NCBI GenBank assembly: GCA_964531985.1
Contig: CAZHFC010000009.1
Span: 15,160-79,159, forward strand
DNA length: 64,000 nt
DNA from: an uncultured Bacteroidales bacterium
GTDB taxonomy: Bacteria; Bacteroidota; Bacteroidia; Bacteroidales; B18-G4
Direction of reading: 5' to 3'
Under the pieces are notes generated by a model. It did no database searches. It saw only the letters and a program-made list of their open reading frames with translations, and was not told the DNA's origin. Shown here one piece after another: positions 34,946 to 43,972 of this stretch. The number at the start of each line of letters is the position of its first letter. The stretch's first letter is position 1. Position numbers and translations under genes: made by a program.

Positions 34946-37900
34946 TTAATGAAGCTGATCGCTAATGATTATTTGTTTGCTCAACCTTCCCTTGTCCGAT
35001 TCGATGATGAGCGTATAAACACCCCTGCTGAGCTGCGACAGGTTAAAGGTTTGTGAGTATTGCTTATGAATAAGAATGTTTTGTGATTGTTGCAGCAAAA
35101 CCCCCAGTTTACCGGCGAGGTAGATATTCGCCGTGAATTCCCTGTCGGTATTGATTTCGAGGGTAAAGACTCCCTGGCTGGGATTCGGGTATACCGATAC
35201 CCGGAACGAAAGTTCGTTTTCGTCCTGGCCTGTCGTGTTCACAACCATGACCTCCAGGCTGTCGGACCAGGGGCTTTCCCCGCAAATGTTTGCGATCATC
35301 ACTTTTAAGCTGGCACTTCCGGTAAAGGTGGTATCCCAGGCGATGGTCATTTCCCTGCCATTGTTTTCCATGATGCCTGCCTCGGCCGGATCAAGCTGCC
35401 ATTCATAATAGAGAATGTCGCTGTAATTGCCGGTGGCGTATTCGCTGATATTGCCGTTATACAGGTCGACGAGCCCGGGACCTGCCGGTTTGGCCGGTTG
35501 CGGGGCCAGCGGGTAAACAGAAAGGATCAGCGTGTCGCGGCTTTTACAACCGTATTCATTGCTTACCTCCACCCAGTAGGTGCCCGCTTCGCCGGCGGTG
35601 AAGCTTTGCCCGTCTGAACCATCCTGCCAGAGGTAGGATGCATATCCTTCACCGGCATCAAATACGGTGGATGTCCCCTGACAAATGGTGGTGTCGGGTC
35701 CAAGGCTGACAACGGGAAGGTCGTATACGGTCACATCAACCTGCTCATTTGCTGAATTGGTCCCATCGGTCACGGCAATGAAATAGGTAGTGTTTTCCTG
35801 TGGAATGACATAAGGGTTTTGAAGCGTTGATGTGAAGCCCGGCGGATCGGAAGTCCAGGAATAAACATAACTGCCCAGGCCGCCGAAAACCTGGGACTGA
35901 AGCTGGGTGCTTTCACCCAAACATATTTCCGGAGGGTTGGCTGCGGCTGTTACGCCGAATTCACTCACCAGCATGGTTACCGGTACTGTGAACTGGGGCA
36001 GGTCTGGGTCATTGCTGTTTACCACCAATTCTGCCTGATATTCTCCCAGTTCCATGCCGGTGGCGTCGAAAGTAACTTCGGCCTGCAGGCTGTTGCCCGG
36101 CATAAGGTTGCCAAGCTTGGGATCAACTGTCAGCCAGGTGATCACGTTAACGCTGTAGTCTTCCACTTCACCATAGGTGGTGGTTCCACAGGGCTCGGGC
36201 GTTCCGTAGTACTGTATCCTGATGCGCATGCGGGTGGTTCCTCCAACGGCATTGTCGGGGGCTGTGATGCTGGCTGTAAAAACATCCGGTCCCCCGCTGA
36301 CACTGATGGGATCATCATCACTGAAATCCTGGTTCTGGTTCCAGTCGATCCATATCCCGCAAACGTCACCTGTCCAGGTATTGCCGTTTGTGACGGTAAT
36401 CGGAATGGTTTCTCCGATCGAAATACTGGTGCTCAGGTCAGTAAAATCCTGATAACCCCCGCATGAAGAAGCATTGTAAATATCACCGAATTCAACGCTG
36501 CCGATGTACTCGTCGCAGCCACCCGATGCTTCGCAGTAATCTTTGCTGGCACCATCATCCGTCAGGATGAAGGTGGAAATGCTGTAATGCAGTTCCAGTT
36601 CACCCGTATTGGTAATGTTCAGGTATTTGACAGCGGTATGATCGGGTTGAAGTACCTGTGTCAGTTGGTTCGGCGCAACAAAGATGTGCGGGTTGCCCCA
36701 CTGCAGGCTTTTCGAAGCAGGAGTGGATTCTCCGTCGGGCTCGTAATAGGCGGTGACCTTATACTGATAAACACCATAATCGGGCAGCTGGTCGGTATAA
36801 TTTTGATCGGCCGGCTGTGCAATGACTACATTTTCCCTGTACAGGATGAAGTTTGAAAAACCGGGGGCGGGATCGTACTGCCATTCCAGTTCAACGGTTC
36901 CCGTTTCCTCATCGAGATCGGCTGTCAGGTCATAGGGGCGCGACAAATTGTTCGTTACGTAAGGGGAAACATAGGTCATGGATGTTCCCGTCCGGTTATC
37001 GGTCCAGCATGGATAAACGTAAGAATCGCGGGCGCTGATGCCAAGATAGTCGCCCATGTAGCCCATGGCAAGTCCGGGGATGGGGGTGGGTGTGAAGGAA
37101 ACGTCGCTTACCTTGAAGTCTTCCCAGGTTTCCCCACCATCGAAGGAGTTGGCACAGAATACTTCGCACTGGTTCCCCCCCACATTACGGTCATCGTAGA
37201 AGACTACGCTCAGGGTTCCCGTAATCGGATCGCAGGTGATCCAGGGGAAGTAATGCTGGTGTCCCAGCCCCGCTTCGTCCTGGTTTACCCTGACGGGGCT
37301 GCTCCAGGTATCGCCCTGGTCTTCGGAGCGGATCATGTATACGTCTATGTCGTTGCCGGTATTTATACCGGGCACGCCAATATTGGCCCAAACAACGTAA
37401 AGGTTACCGTGATATGCTCCGCCACTCACATCAACCGCCAGCACGGGAAAGGAATTAACACGCATGTTTTTGGAGGTTTCCGAAAAGCGGATGCCACGAA
37501 TGTTTTCAATGATGCGGGTGGCAGGCTGCCAGCTTGCACCTCCGTCAAGTGATTTTGCCAGGCCGTGCGCGTTTTCATCGCTGCTGCCGTCGTATATGGC
37601 AAATACAGCGTACACTTCGCCGTTGGGGCCGGTATTGATGTTTACTCCCTGGCAATGGCTGCCGGCATTTACGGCAGCGCTGATGTTCTGTGCATTCGAC
37701 CAGCTCAGGCCCTGGTCCGATGAATATGAAAGCGCAATATCGTAATTATGGGGACCGCCAAAATCAGTCCAGGCGCAATACAGGTTTCCCTCGTAAGGAC
37801 TCAGGAGGTGGTTGTCGATCCAGAAGTGGTTCTTGTCAAGCACATAGGCAGAGACCCCGTTATCGATGATGACGGTATTCCAGGTGTTACCCTGGTCAGT

Positions 37901-38440
37901 CGAATAAGCGACCTGCTGGCCGTAGCTGCTTCCGCCGGTGATGGAATTCACATAATACCATCCGTTATTTCCGATCACAACGGCAGGATCGCCGCTATTA
38001 TTGGTGCCGGCTCCCTGCAATTCACCGTCCCAGGTCTGTCCGCCGTCGAAGGAATAAAAATCGTTGGCACCGTAGAGAGGAGGATAGGGGTTTGCCGTTG
38101 AATTATTTGAATTAAGGACATTTTGCGGATCGGCAGGATTGATGAATATGGAGTTTTCACTTTGCGTACTGTTTTCAGTCGTAACCGGGATGTCGGGTGA
38201 GTCCTCCGTCACCGAACTCAATGCATGGATTCGCGACCCGGTGTAGGTGGCCTGCGGAACGCTGACCATCGGGTTGAGGGTGCTCAGGCCTTTTTCGGCC
38301 ATCCTTTTCCAGTAGCCGTTGTTGTCGACACGCCAATTGGCTTTTTCGACAGTGTAGTCCTTTTCCTTCTGCGCCTGCAGCACAACGGGGAAAAGTATGG
38401 CAGCCATAGCCAGAATGATGATTAATTGCTTTGCTTTCAT
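34946..38440 (-). CDS. BNR/Asp-box beta-propeller (sialidase-like) protein with GEVED domain, T9SS cargo
   Basis: The internal Met at 38440 gives signal MKAKQLIIILAMAAILFPVVLQAQ. Six S-x-D-x-G-x-(T/S)-W Asp-boxes (SFDGGQTWD, STDQGNTWN, SSDQGLSWS, SLDGGASWQ, SEDQGDTWS, SFDGGETWE) lie in ~36956..38188. GEVED motif YGEVEDYSV (domain ~36137..36538). Ig-like repeats, module E (35237..35509). CTD: VYPNPSQGVFTL...GVYTLII. Confidence 0.8.
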   Translation of the reverse strand: MKAKQLIIILAMAAILFPVVLQAQKEKDYTVEKANWRVDNNGYWKRMAEKGLSTLNPMVSVPQATYTGSRIHALSSVTEDSPDIPVTTENSTQSENSIFINPADPQNVLNSNNSTANPYPPLYGANDFYSFDGGQTWDGELQGAGTNNSGDPAVVIGNNGWYYVNSITGGSSYGQQVAYSTDQGNTWNTVIIDNGVSAYVLDKNHFWIDNHLLSPYEGNLYCAWTDFGGPHNYDIALSYSSDQGLSWSNAQNISAAVNAGSHCQGVNINTGPNGEVYAVFAIYDGSSDENAHGLAKSLDGGASWQPATRIIENIRGIRFSETSKNMRVNSFPVLAVDVSGGAYHGNLYVVWANIGVPGINTGNDIDVYMIRSEDQGDTWSSPVRVNQDEAGLGHQHYFPWITCDPITGTLSVVFYDDRNVGGNQCEVFCANSFDGGETWEDFKVSDVSFTPTPIPGLAMGYMGDYLGISARDSYVYPCWTDNRTGTSMTYVSPYVTNNLSRPYDLTADLDEETGTVELEWQYDPAPGFSNFILYRENVVIAQPADQNYTDQLPDYGVYQYKVTAYYEPDGESTPASKSLQWGNPHIFVAPNQLTQVLQPDHTAVKYLNITNTGELELHYSISTFILTDDGASKDYCEASGGCDEYIGSVEFGDIYNASSCGGYQDFTDLSTSISIGETIPITVTNGNTWTGDVCGIWIDWNQNQDFSDDDPISVSGGPDVFTASITAPDNAVGGTTRMRIRIQYYGTPEPCGTTTYGEVEDYSVNVITWLTVDPKLGNLMPGNSLQAEVTFDATGMELGEYQAELVVNSNDPDLPQFTVPVTMLVSEFGVTAAANPPEICLGESTQLQSQVFGGLGSYVYSWTSDPPGFTSTLQNPYVIPQENTTYFIAVTDGTNSANEQVDVTVYDLPVVSLGPDTTICQGTSTVFDAGEGYASYLWQDGSDGQSFTAGEAGTYWVEVSNEYGCKSRDTLILSVYPLAPQPAKPAGPGLVDLYNGNISEYATGNYSDILYYEWQLDPAEAGIMENNGREMTIAWDTTFTGSASLKVMIANICGESPWSDSLEVMVVNTTGQDENELSFRVSVYPNPSQGVFTLEINTDREFTANIYLAGKLGVLLQQSQNILIHKQYSQTFNLSQLSRGVYTLIIESDKGRLSKQIIISDQLH

Positions 38441-38510
38441 GAAAGTGTTTTTGGTTTCAGGATGCGTGTAATGAAGTATTGTTACAACAAAGACATTCAA
38501 TGTTGATAAA

Positions 38511-38518
38511 CAAAATTA
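38511..38518 (-). promoter_or_regulatory. Candidate -7 box TAATTTTG for the BNR/GEVED gene
   Basis: ~70 nt upstream of the ATG at 38440 and downstream of the 38561..38590 terminator. Confidence 0.5.
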
Positions 38519-38560
38519 ACGTTATTATCTGTATTTAAATGCAAAAAAAAGCACAAATGA

Positions 38561-38590
38561 AAAAACCACCCTGCGGGCAGGATGGTTTTT
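38561..38590 (-). terminator. Rho-independent terminator after 38610..40076
   Basis: AACCACCCTGC-GGG-CAGGATGGTT (about 9 bp, one mismatch), flanked by A5 and T5. On the minus strand the hairpin is followed by TTTTTTCATTT. Confidence 0.7.
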
Positions 38591-38609
38591 CTCATTTCCG
38601 GACTTTTTA

Positions 38610-40076
38610 CTATTTCCGGATCACCAGCTTTTGCAGGTGCGTGTTCGTTTTTCCTTCAAGCACCATGAAGTAGATGCCATCAGGCAATGTGCCAAGGTCG
38701 ATGTGTTTATTGCCCGGTTGGTCGACCCGGAAGTTTTCTTCATGGTATACAATCGATTTCATCGCATCATAAACCTTTATGCTGAATACGTCCGGGTTCT
38801 CCAGCCTGAAGTCGATGGTGATACTCCCCTGGCTGGGGGTGGGGTATGCCCTGATGGCCTGCGACAGGAATTCTTCGCCTATGCCTACCCATAACACTTC
38901 ATAGCCGGCTGCAAACTCGGAGGTGCAATTTCCCTGGGTAACGGTTAAGCTGTAAACCCCGTTTTCGATTGGCTGATAGCTCTGACCCGTAGCATCGGGA
39001 ATGGCTTCTTCGTTCAGGTACCACTGGTTCCCATCCGTTGCACTGCTGTGAAGCATGAAATCGATCTCGCTGATCTCGGGTTGCTCAGGCATAAAGGCTA
39101 CAATCATGTAATCTTCCTTTAATACCAGGTCGCTTCCGACATTGTTGGCAGCTTCGAGTGATACATCGTAAACCCCTTCGGTTTCATAAAACACCACCGG
39201 GTTTTTTTCGTTGGAAGTTTCAGGCGTGCCACCGGGGAAAGTCCATGACCAGGAATTGGGATTCTGGGTCGAAAGGTCAGTGAACTGAACTTCATAGCCT
39301 TCACATGTTTCAGTTGTTTCGGCTTCGAAGTCGGCAACGGGCGGCAGCGGCGGCGGCGGCAGGAACAAGGCCGGTACCTTCATGGCCTGCAGCACTTCCT
39401 TGGTGTTGTTGTTCTGCAGGAAGGCTACGAATTCCACATGCGAAAGTACCCAGGCTCCCATGGTGAAATTAAGATTGAGCGTAACGGTATCACTGTCGTT
39501 GAAGTTTATTACCGTACCTGTGGCACTTGGAATCATCTGGCGACAGACATTATTCAGCTCGGTCTGTCCCTGCCAAACGAACTGGATGTCCGATTCGGTA
39601 ACGGCCAGGTGAAATGCGGGGTCGGGACCCGTATAGGAAGCTACCTTGTATATTTTGGCTACCATATTGTAATTGCCGGCGCTACTTGTTCCGTATAATT
39701 CCAGAATGAAGGAAGAAGGAACGTTTTCCCTGATGTTCACATAGGGCAGATAGGTGGTATACAGCGACTGGTTGGTACTGCCCCCGACATGGGTATAGAT
39801 GCCGTCAAATTTTGCAGTAGGGTAGCTACTGATGTTATAATAGTTCAGCCTGGTGCTTGAAAACTGATTCGCGAAGCCGTCATTGTAATGATATTTTATC
39901 ACGGCAACGGGGTGCCCGTTAGCGATCAGGTCATCGGCGCCCATGGCAGCACCGGGGCAGAACTGGCACCAGGTGCCCGTACCGATTTCCACCAGGACTT
40001 TGTTGCGGTCGACCTGCTGCCCGGATATGATGGAGACCACAAAGATGAGCGATACTCCGGCTAATAGTTTTTTCAT
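38610..40076 (-). CDS. Omp28-related / thioredoxin-like CxxC protein with PKD domain, T9SS cargo
   Basis: Signal peptide. VLVEIGTGTWCQFCPGA, with Cys37 at 39966..39968 and Cys40 at 39957..39959. PKD-like block VADFEAETTETCEGYEVQFTDLS...WSWTFPGGTP...GVYDVSLEAAN. CTD: AYPTPSQGSITI...GIYFMVL...KLVIRK. It lies 21 nt downstream of the preceding C25 gene. Confidence 0.7.
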   Translation of the reverse strand: MKKLLAGVSLIFVVSIISGQQVDRNKVLVEIGTGTWCQFCPGAAMGADDLIANGHPVAVIKYHYNDGFANQFSSTRLNYYNISSYPTAKFDGIYTHVGGSTNQSLYTTYLPYVNIRENVPSSFILELYGTSSAGNYNMVAKIYKVASYTGPDPAFHLAVTESDIQFVWQGQTELNNVCRQMIPSATGTVINFNDSDTVTLNLNFTMGAWVLSHVEFVAFLQNNNTKEVLQAMKVPALFLPPPPLPPVADFEAETTETCEGYEVQFTDLSTQNPNSWSWTFPGGTPETSNEKNPVVFYETEGVYDVSLEAANNVGSDLVLKEDYMIVAFMPEQPEISEIDFMLHSSATDGNQWYLNEEAIPDATGQSYQPIENGVYSLTVTQGNCTSEFAAGYEVLWVGIGEEFLSQAIRAYPTPSQGSITIDFRLENPDVFSIKVYDAMKSIVYHEENFRVDQPGNKHIDLGTLPDGIYFMVLEGKTNTHLQKLVIRK

Positions 40077-40097
40077 GTGTTTTGGTGTTGGTTAAAC

Positions 40098-43000
40098 TTA
40101 TTTTTGGATTACGATCTTTTCAGTAAGCTGGCTGTTATTGTTTTCGATGATCAGGAAATAGATCCCCTTTGCATAATTACTCAGATCGACATCCCTGATA
40201 TATTCACCGTTTACCCGGATCTCTTCTTCATTGAAAAGCACTTCGCCGATCAGGTTCATCACTTTCAGTTTTACATCCTCTGCCTGCAGGGACGACAGCC
40301 TGATGGTGAATGAGCCCTTGTTGGGATTCGGGAATACGGATACACCGATGTTCAGGTTGTTGTCTCCGATCCCGAATGAATTTTCAAGGCTTACGTCAAG
40401 GGTTTCCGAAACCGGGCCGTCACCACAGTCATTCGTGCCATAAACGCTGATGCTGACAGAACCCGTATAACTTTCCGACCAGGTTATGGTCAGGTTGTTC
40501 ATATCGGGGCTGAGTTGATCGTATGCATTTTCCGGTTCAATAACCCAGTTGTAGCCCAGGGTGTTCGGGTCATCGGAGGTTGTATATGAACTGCTGCTTG
40601 TGAAATTCAGGTCGATATTGGCGGGTCCGTCGGGTGTTTCGGGTTGGGCCGGATAAGGCTCGACACTGACTGCAATTCCGTCAGAAACTGCCGGGTTGTT
40701 GATGGCACATTCATAGGAAGATGTCATCTCACAACTGACCAGATCCCCATCAAGAAGCTCCGTGGTGACAAATTCGGGGCTGTTGGTTCCCGCCGGATTG
40801 CCGTTGATCATCCACTGGTAAACCGGTTCTTCGCCACCGTTTACCGGGATTGCCGTAAACGTGACTTCATCTCCTGCGCAACTTATGGCCTGACTGGTTT
40901 CAATGCTGACCCCTGCCGGGAGTTCTTCCAGAAGGATGATGGCTATTTCATTGGATGTGGCCGGGTTGCCGGTTATACAATTGGCATCGGAAAGCAGCTC
41001 ACAGCTTACCACATCTCCATCGAGCAGTTCGTTTGTCACGTATTCGGGGCTGTTGGTTCCCACCACATTGCCATTTACCATCCACTGGTACACGGGGTTT
41101 TCACCGCCGTTTTCGGGGATGGCCGTAAAGCTTACTTCGCTGCCGGCACAAATTTCGGCCGAAGCAGTTTCGATGGCGATGCCAACGGCAACAATTTCAT
41201 TCACGGTCATGGCAACGGCATTGGACATTACCGGATTTTCAACCGTGCATTCGAGTGATGATGTAACCTGGCAGGAAACCATATCGCCATCGGCAAGGTC
41301 GCTGCTGGTGTATGAATCTGTGCCGTCGCCAACATCAAGGCCGTTGAGTTTCCATTGGAACAGGGGTTCGGTTCCCCCGTTGTCCACTTCAACATAGAAG
41401 GTAACTTCTTCTCCCTCACAGATCTCTTCGGATGTGGCGTAAACGGATGCGCCAATCACTACATCTTCCATCACCGTGATATAGTCTTCTACGGTATAGG
41501 TGTCTGTTGAGTTAGCACTGCTGACTTCCAGGGTAACATCATAGTTGCCCGCTGCAGTGTAAAGGATACCTTCCGGATTCTGATCGGTGGAGGTTGCCGG
41601 GTCACCGCCTTCGAAAGTCCAGAGCCATGAAGTGGGATTTCCCTGTGTCAGGTCCGTAAAGTTCACGGTGCCTGCGGGGCAGATGGTCGTGATATCGGCT
41701 TCAAAGTCGGCATTCAGGATTTCAAGTACCGGAAGGGTTTCCTCATGGCGGAAATAATTCTGTTTGGTCACGGTAAGGGTAACATTGGCATTTAATGGCA
41801 GTGCCGGTATGGGTATGGCCTGCATCATCCCTGTACCGGTGGCAGTAGAAATAATGTTCCCGTTTCGGTACAGGCAGATCATTGAACCTAAGTCGGCCGA
41901 CATTATGAAAGTATTTGCCCCGAAGGGAATAACGCTGTCGTGCACAATGGTCAGATCCATGGGTTCTTCATAATAAAGGGTAAGGAAGGCCCCTCCGTGA
42001 TGGTGGAAAAGATGGTATGTCACCGTCTTGTTGCTGGTATTGTAAGGCCAGTTCGACTGTTGCAGGAAGTATTTCCCGGCGGCATTGCCAAAGGCAGGCA
42101 TGGCAAAACTGGTTGGGAACGTGGTGCCGTAGAGTGGCATGAATCCGGGCCACATATTGTCGATGGAGCCCCACACATATGTATCATTTACGAATGAATA
42201 TGATACTTCCGATGCGGCGGTCAGTCCGAGCGCCCCGGAGTTTTGGCCACCGGCTGTGTGCCTGTGGAATTTTTCGGTGAAGCATTCGCCTGACCAGTTA
42301 TATTTGCCCGTAAGGCAGTTGACCGACATCACAAAAACGAGGTCTTCATTGGTCAAACCGTTGATACTGGCATTGCTGTATGCCGGTTCGCCCCAGCCCT
42401 GTTCATAGCCATGGTCGCGGTGCAGCATAATGAAGGCCCCGCTGTTGATGGCATTGTTGATCATGGTACCCGTTCCGCCCGACCAGCCGCCGAGTGCGGA
42501 AGGGGTGGCGGGAATGTAACCAAGTCCGTTGGGCCCAAAATAGTTTACAACCGTCGAGGTATTGGTGGCAGTAGACCATACGCTGCCGGGAGTGCCTGAA
42601 TAGATGGCGTTGATGCGTACAGGATCTTTGCCGAGATTGTTTTTCCAGTAACCACCAACAGTTTCGCCGCAAATCTGGAACCAGCGTTCGGTTTGCCATC
42701 CTACGGCCGTGATCGGATTGTTATAGAAATCGGGATTGGTAGGGGGATTGGTTTCATGGTCGATGAACTTGGTGACCATGGTTTCAAGCTGCGTGGCATC
42801 GTTGGCCGTGATACGGGCAAAAACGATGTCGGGCAGATGGTCGTTGTCTACATCGGCATAGATGTTATCCGAGGCGCAGTAACTGTTGTAAATAGGAGAG
42901 ATTATACTGTTGTTGATGCTGTAACCGAAGTCGCCCAGCAACAACACTGCCGTGGGCGGGATGTCCCAGTTATTGTATGCATTGTTAATATAGTTTTCGA

Positions 43001-43883
43001 TGGCTATGGTGGAGTTTCCGCCTACATCGCTAAGGGTGACGACATCCGTAAGGATACCCTGCATATTCCGGAAATCAGCAATTTCATTTCCCCATGAAAC
43101 AAAATCAGCCCCATCGGGGGTAATGATCAGGTATTCGCAGCCGGTAAGGGTGCGTTCGCCGTTTTCATACATCCAGTTGTAGTCGATCACCGGTAATGTG
43201 CTAAAGTTCAGGATGGCACTTGACATGATCATATCCCACCACCGGCTGCGGTAACGCTCTTCGCCAAACTGTCCGCTTCCGCCTTCAAAAACGATCTCTA
43301 CTTCAATATCGCGGTAAACGATCAGCTCTTTGGTAACAGGATTGTACTGAAAGGGTGTGATGCCAAGCATAACAACATCCACTCCCCTGATCCTGGAAGG
43401 TTCGGACAACTTAACCGGTTCGGCCGGATAGAAAGCATTCTGCCCGTAGATCTCCATGTTTTTTTCATAATGAAGGGGGCTGTCGTCGTCTTCAAATGGA
43501 ATGCGCGGTGAAGGAGCCACTTCGATATTCGAGAAGGTTTCGGTGCGCATGTTTACAATATTGAGTTTGGCCTTAGCACCAACAGGCATGGCAATATACC
43601 TGCCTTCGCCCGGGATGTTGGGTGCTCCTTCATCGTTTGGAAGAAATACGCCCGGCATGTTAACAACGGTCATTTCCTCTCCGTTGATCATAACGTTGCT
43701 GAAGCTGAAGCTGTTCAGTGAGTGAATAACCCTGACATTTGATTGCTCGGCTTCTGTCAGGTTGAATCCCTGGCCGGCCCAGCTGTCGGCATATTTTATC
43801 TCATCGGCATTCGCCGAAAACAGCATGAAAAGCGACACTGCAAAAAAGGCAGTTGTGCGCCTGAAAAAGGTTGAAACTTTCAT
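40098..43883 (-). CDS. C25-like cysteine peptidase, subfamily B, T9SS cargo
   Basis: Signal peptide and a propeptide-like N-terminus. Candidate His491 in LHRDHG (42411..42413) and Cys523 in SVNCLTGKYNW (42315..42317). PKD domain (41466..41720), three 90-aa tandem Ig-like repeats (40659..41453), module E (40380..40655). CTD: VFPNPNKGSFTI...GIYFLII...KIVIQK. Confidence 0.85.
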   Translation of the reverse strand: MKVSTFFRRTTAFFAVSLFMLFSANADEIKYADSWAGQGFNLTEAEQSNVRVIHSLNSFSFSNVMINGEEMTVVNMPGVFLPNDEGAPNIPGEGRYIAMPVGAKAKLNIVNMRTETFSNIEVAPSPRIPFEDDDSPLHYEKNMEIYGQNAFYPAEPVKLSEPSRIRGVDVVMLGITPFQYNPVTKELIVYRDIEVEIVFEGGSGQFGEERYRSRWWDMIMSSAILNFSTLPVIDYNWMYENGERTLTGCEYLIITPDGADFVSWGNEIADFRNMQGILTDVVTLSDVGGNSTIAIENYINNAYNNWDIPPTAVLLLGDFGYSINNSIISPIYNSYCASDNIYADVDNDHLPDIVFARITANDATQLETMVTKFIDHETNPPTNPDFYNNPITAVGWQTERWFQICGETVGGYWKNNLGKDPVRINAIYSGTPGSVWSTATNTSTVVNYFGPNGLGYIPATPSALGGWSGGTGTMINNAINSGAFIMLHRDHGYEQGWGEPAYSNASINGLTNEDLVFVMSVNCLTGKYNWSGECFTEKFHRHTAGGQNSGALGLTAASEVSYSFVNDTYVWGSIDNMWPGFMPLYGTTFPTSFAMPAFGNAAGKYFLQQSNWPYNTSNKTVTYHLFHHHGGAFLTLYYEEPMDLTIVHDSVIPFGANTFIMSADLGSMICLYRNGNIISTATGTGMMQAIPIPALPLNANVTLTVTKQNYFRHEETLPVLEILNADFEADITTICPAGTVNFTDLTQGNPTSWLWTFEGGDPATSTDQNPEGILYTAAGNYDVTLEVSSANSTDTYTVEDYITVMEDVVIGASVYATSEEICEGEEVTFYVEVDNGGTEPLFQWKLNGLDVGDGTDSYTSSDLADGDMVSCQVTSSLECTVENPVMSNAVAMTVNEIVAVGIAIETASAEICAGSEVSFTAIPENGGENPVYQWMVNGNVVGTNSPEYVTNELLDGDVVSCELLSDANCITGNPATSNEIAIILLEELPAGVSIETSQAISCAGDEVTFTAIPVNGGEEPVYQWMINGNPAGTNSPEFVTTELLDGDLVSCEMTSSYECAINNPAVSDGIAVSVEPYPAQPETPDGPANIDLNFTSSSSYTTSDDPNTLGYNWVIEPENAYDQLSPDMNNLTITWSESYTGSVSISVYGTNDCGDGPVSETLDVSLENSFGIGDNNLNIGVSVFPNPNKGSFTIRLSSLQAEDVKLKVMNLIGEVLFNEEEIRVNGEYIRDVDLSNYAKGIYFLIIENNNSQLTEKIVIQK
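40659..41453 (-). repeat. Three in-frame tandem repeats of 270 bp (90 aa Ig-like units) inside the C25-B gene 40098..43883
   Basis: ICEGEEVTF at aa 821, ICAGSEVSF at aa 911 and SCAGDEVTF at aa 1001, so the period is exactly 90 aa. Each unit contains NGG-x-(E/N)P-(L/V)(F/Y)QW-x-(L/V/I)NG and LLDGD-x-VSCE. Repeats 2 and 3 are nearly identical in long stretches (FTAIP.NGGE.PVYQWM.NGN). Confidence 0.85.
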
Positions 43884-43945
43884 TGTTGTTAAATGTTTTT
43901 AGGTATTAATGTTTGCTTTGGTTACGAATATCATAAATAACACTA

Positions 43946-43953
43946 CAAATATA
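43946..43953 (-). promoter_or_regulatory. Candidate -7 box TATATTTG for C25-B gene 40098..43883
   Basis: ~62 nt upstream of the ATG at 43883 and only ~20 nt after the upstream gene's stop. Confidence 0.5.
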
Positions 43954-43972
43954 CGAAACAATAGATTTGTTA

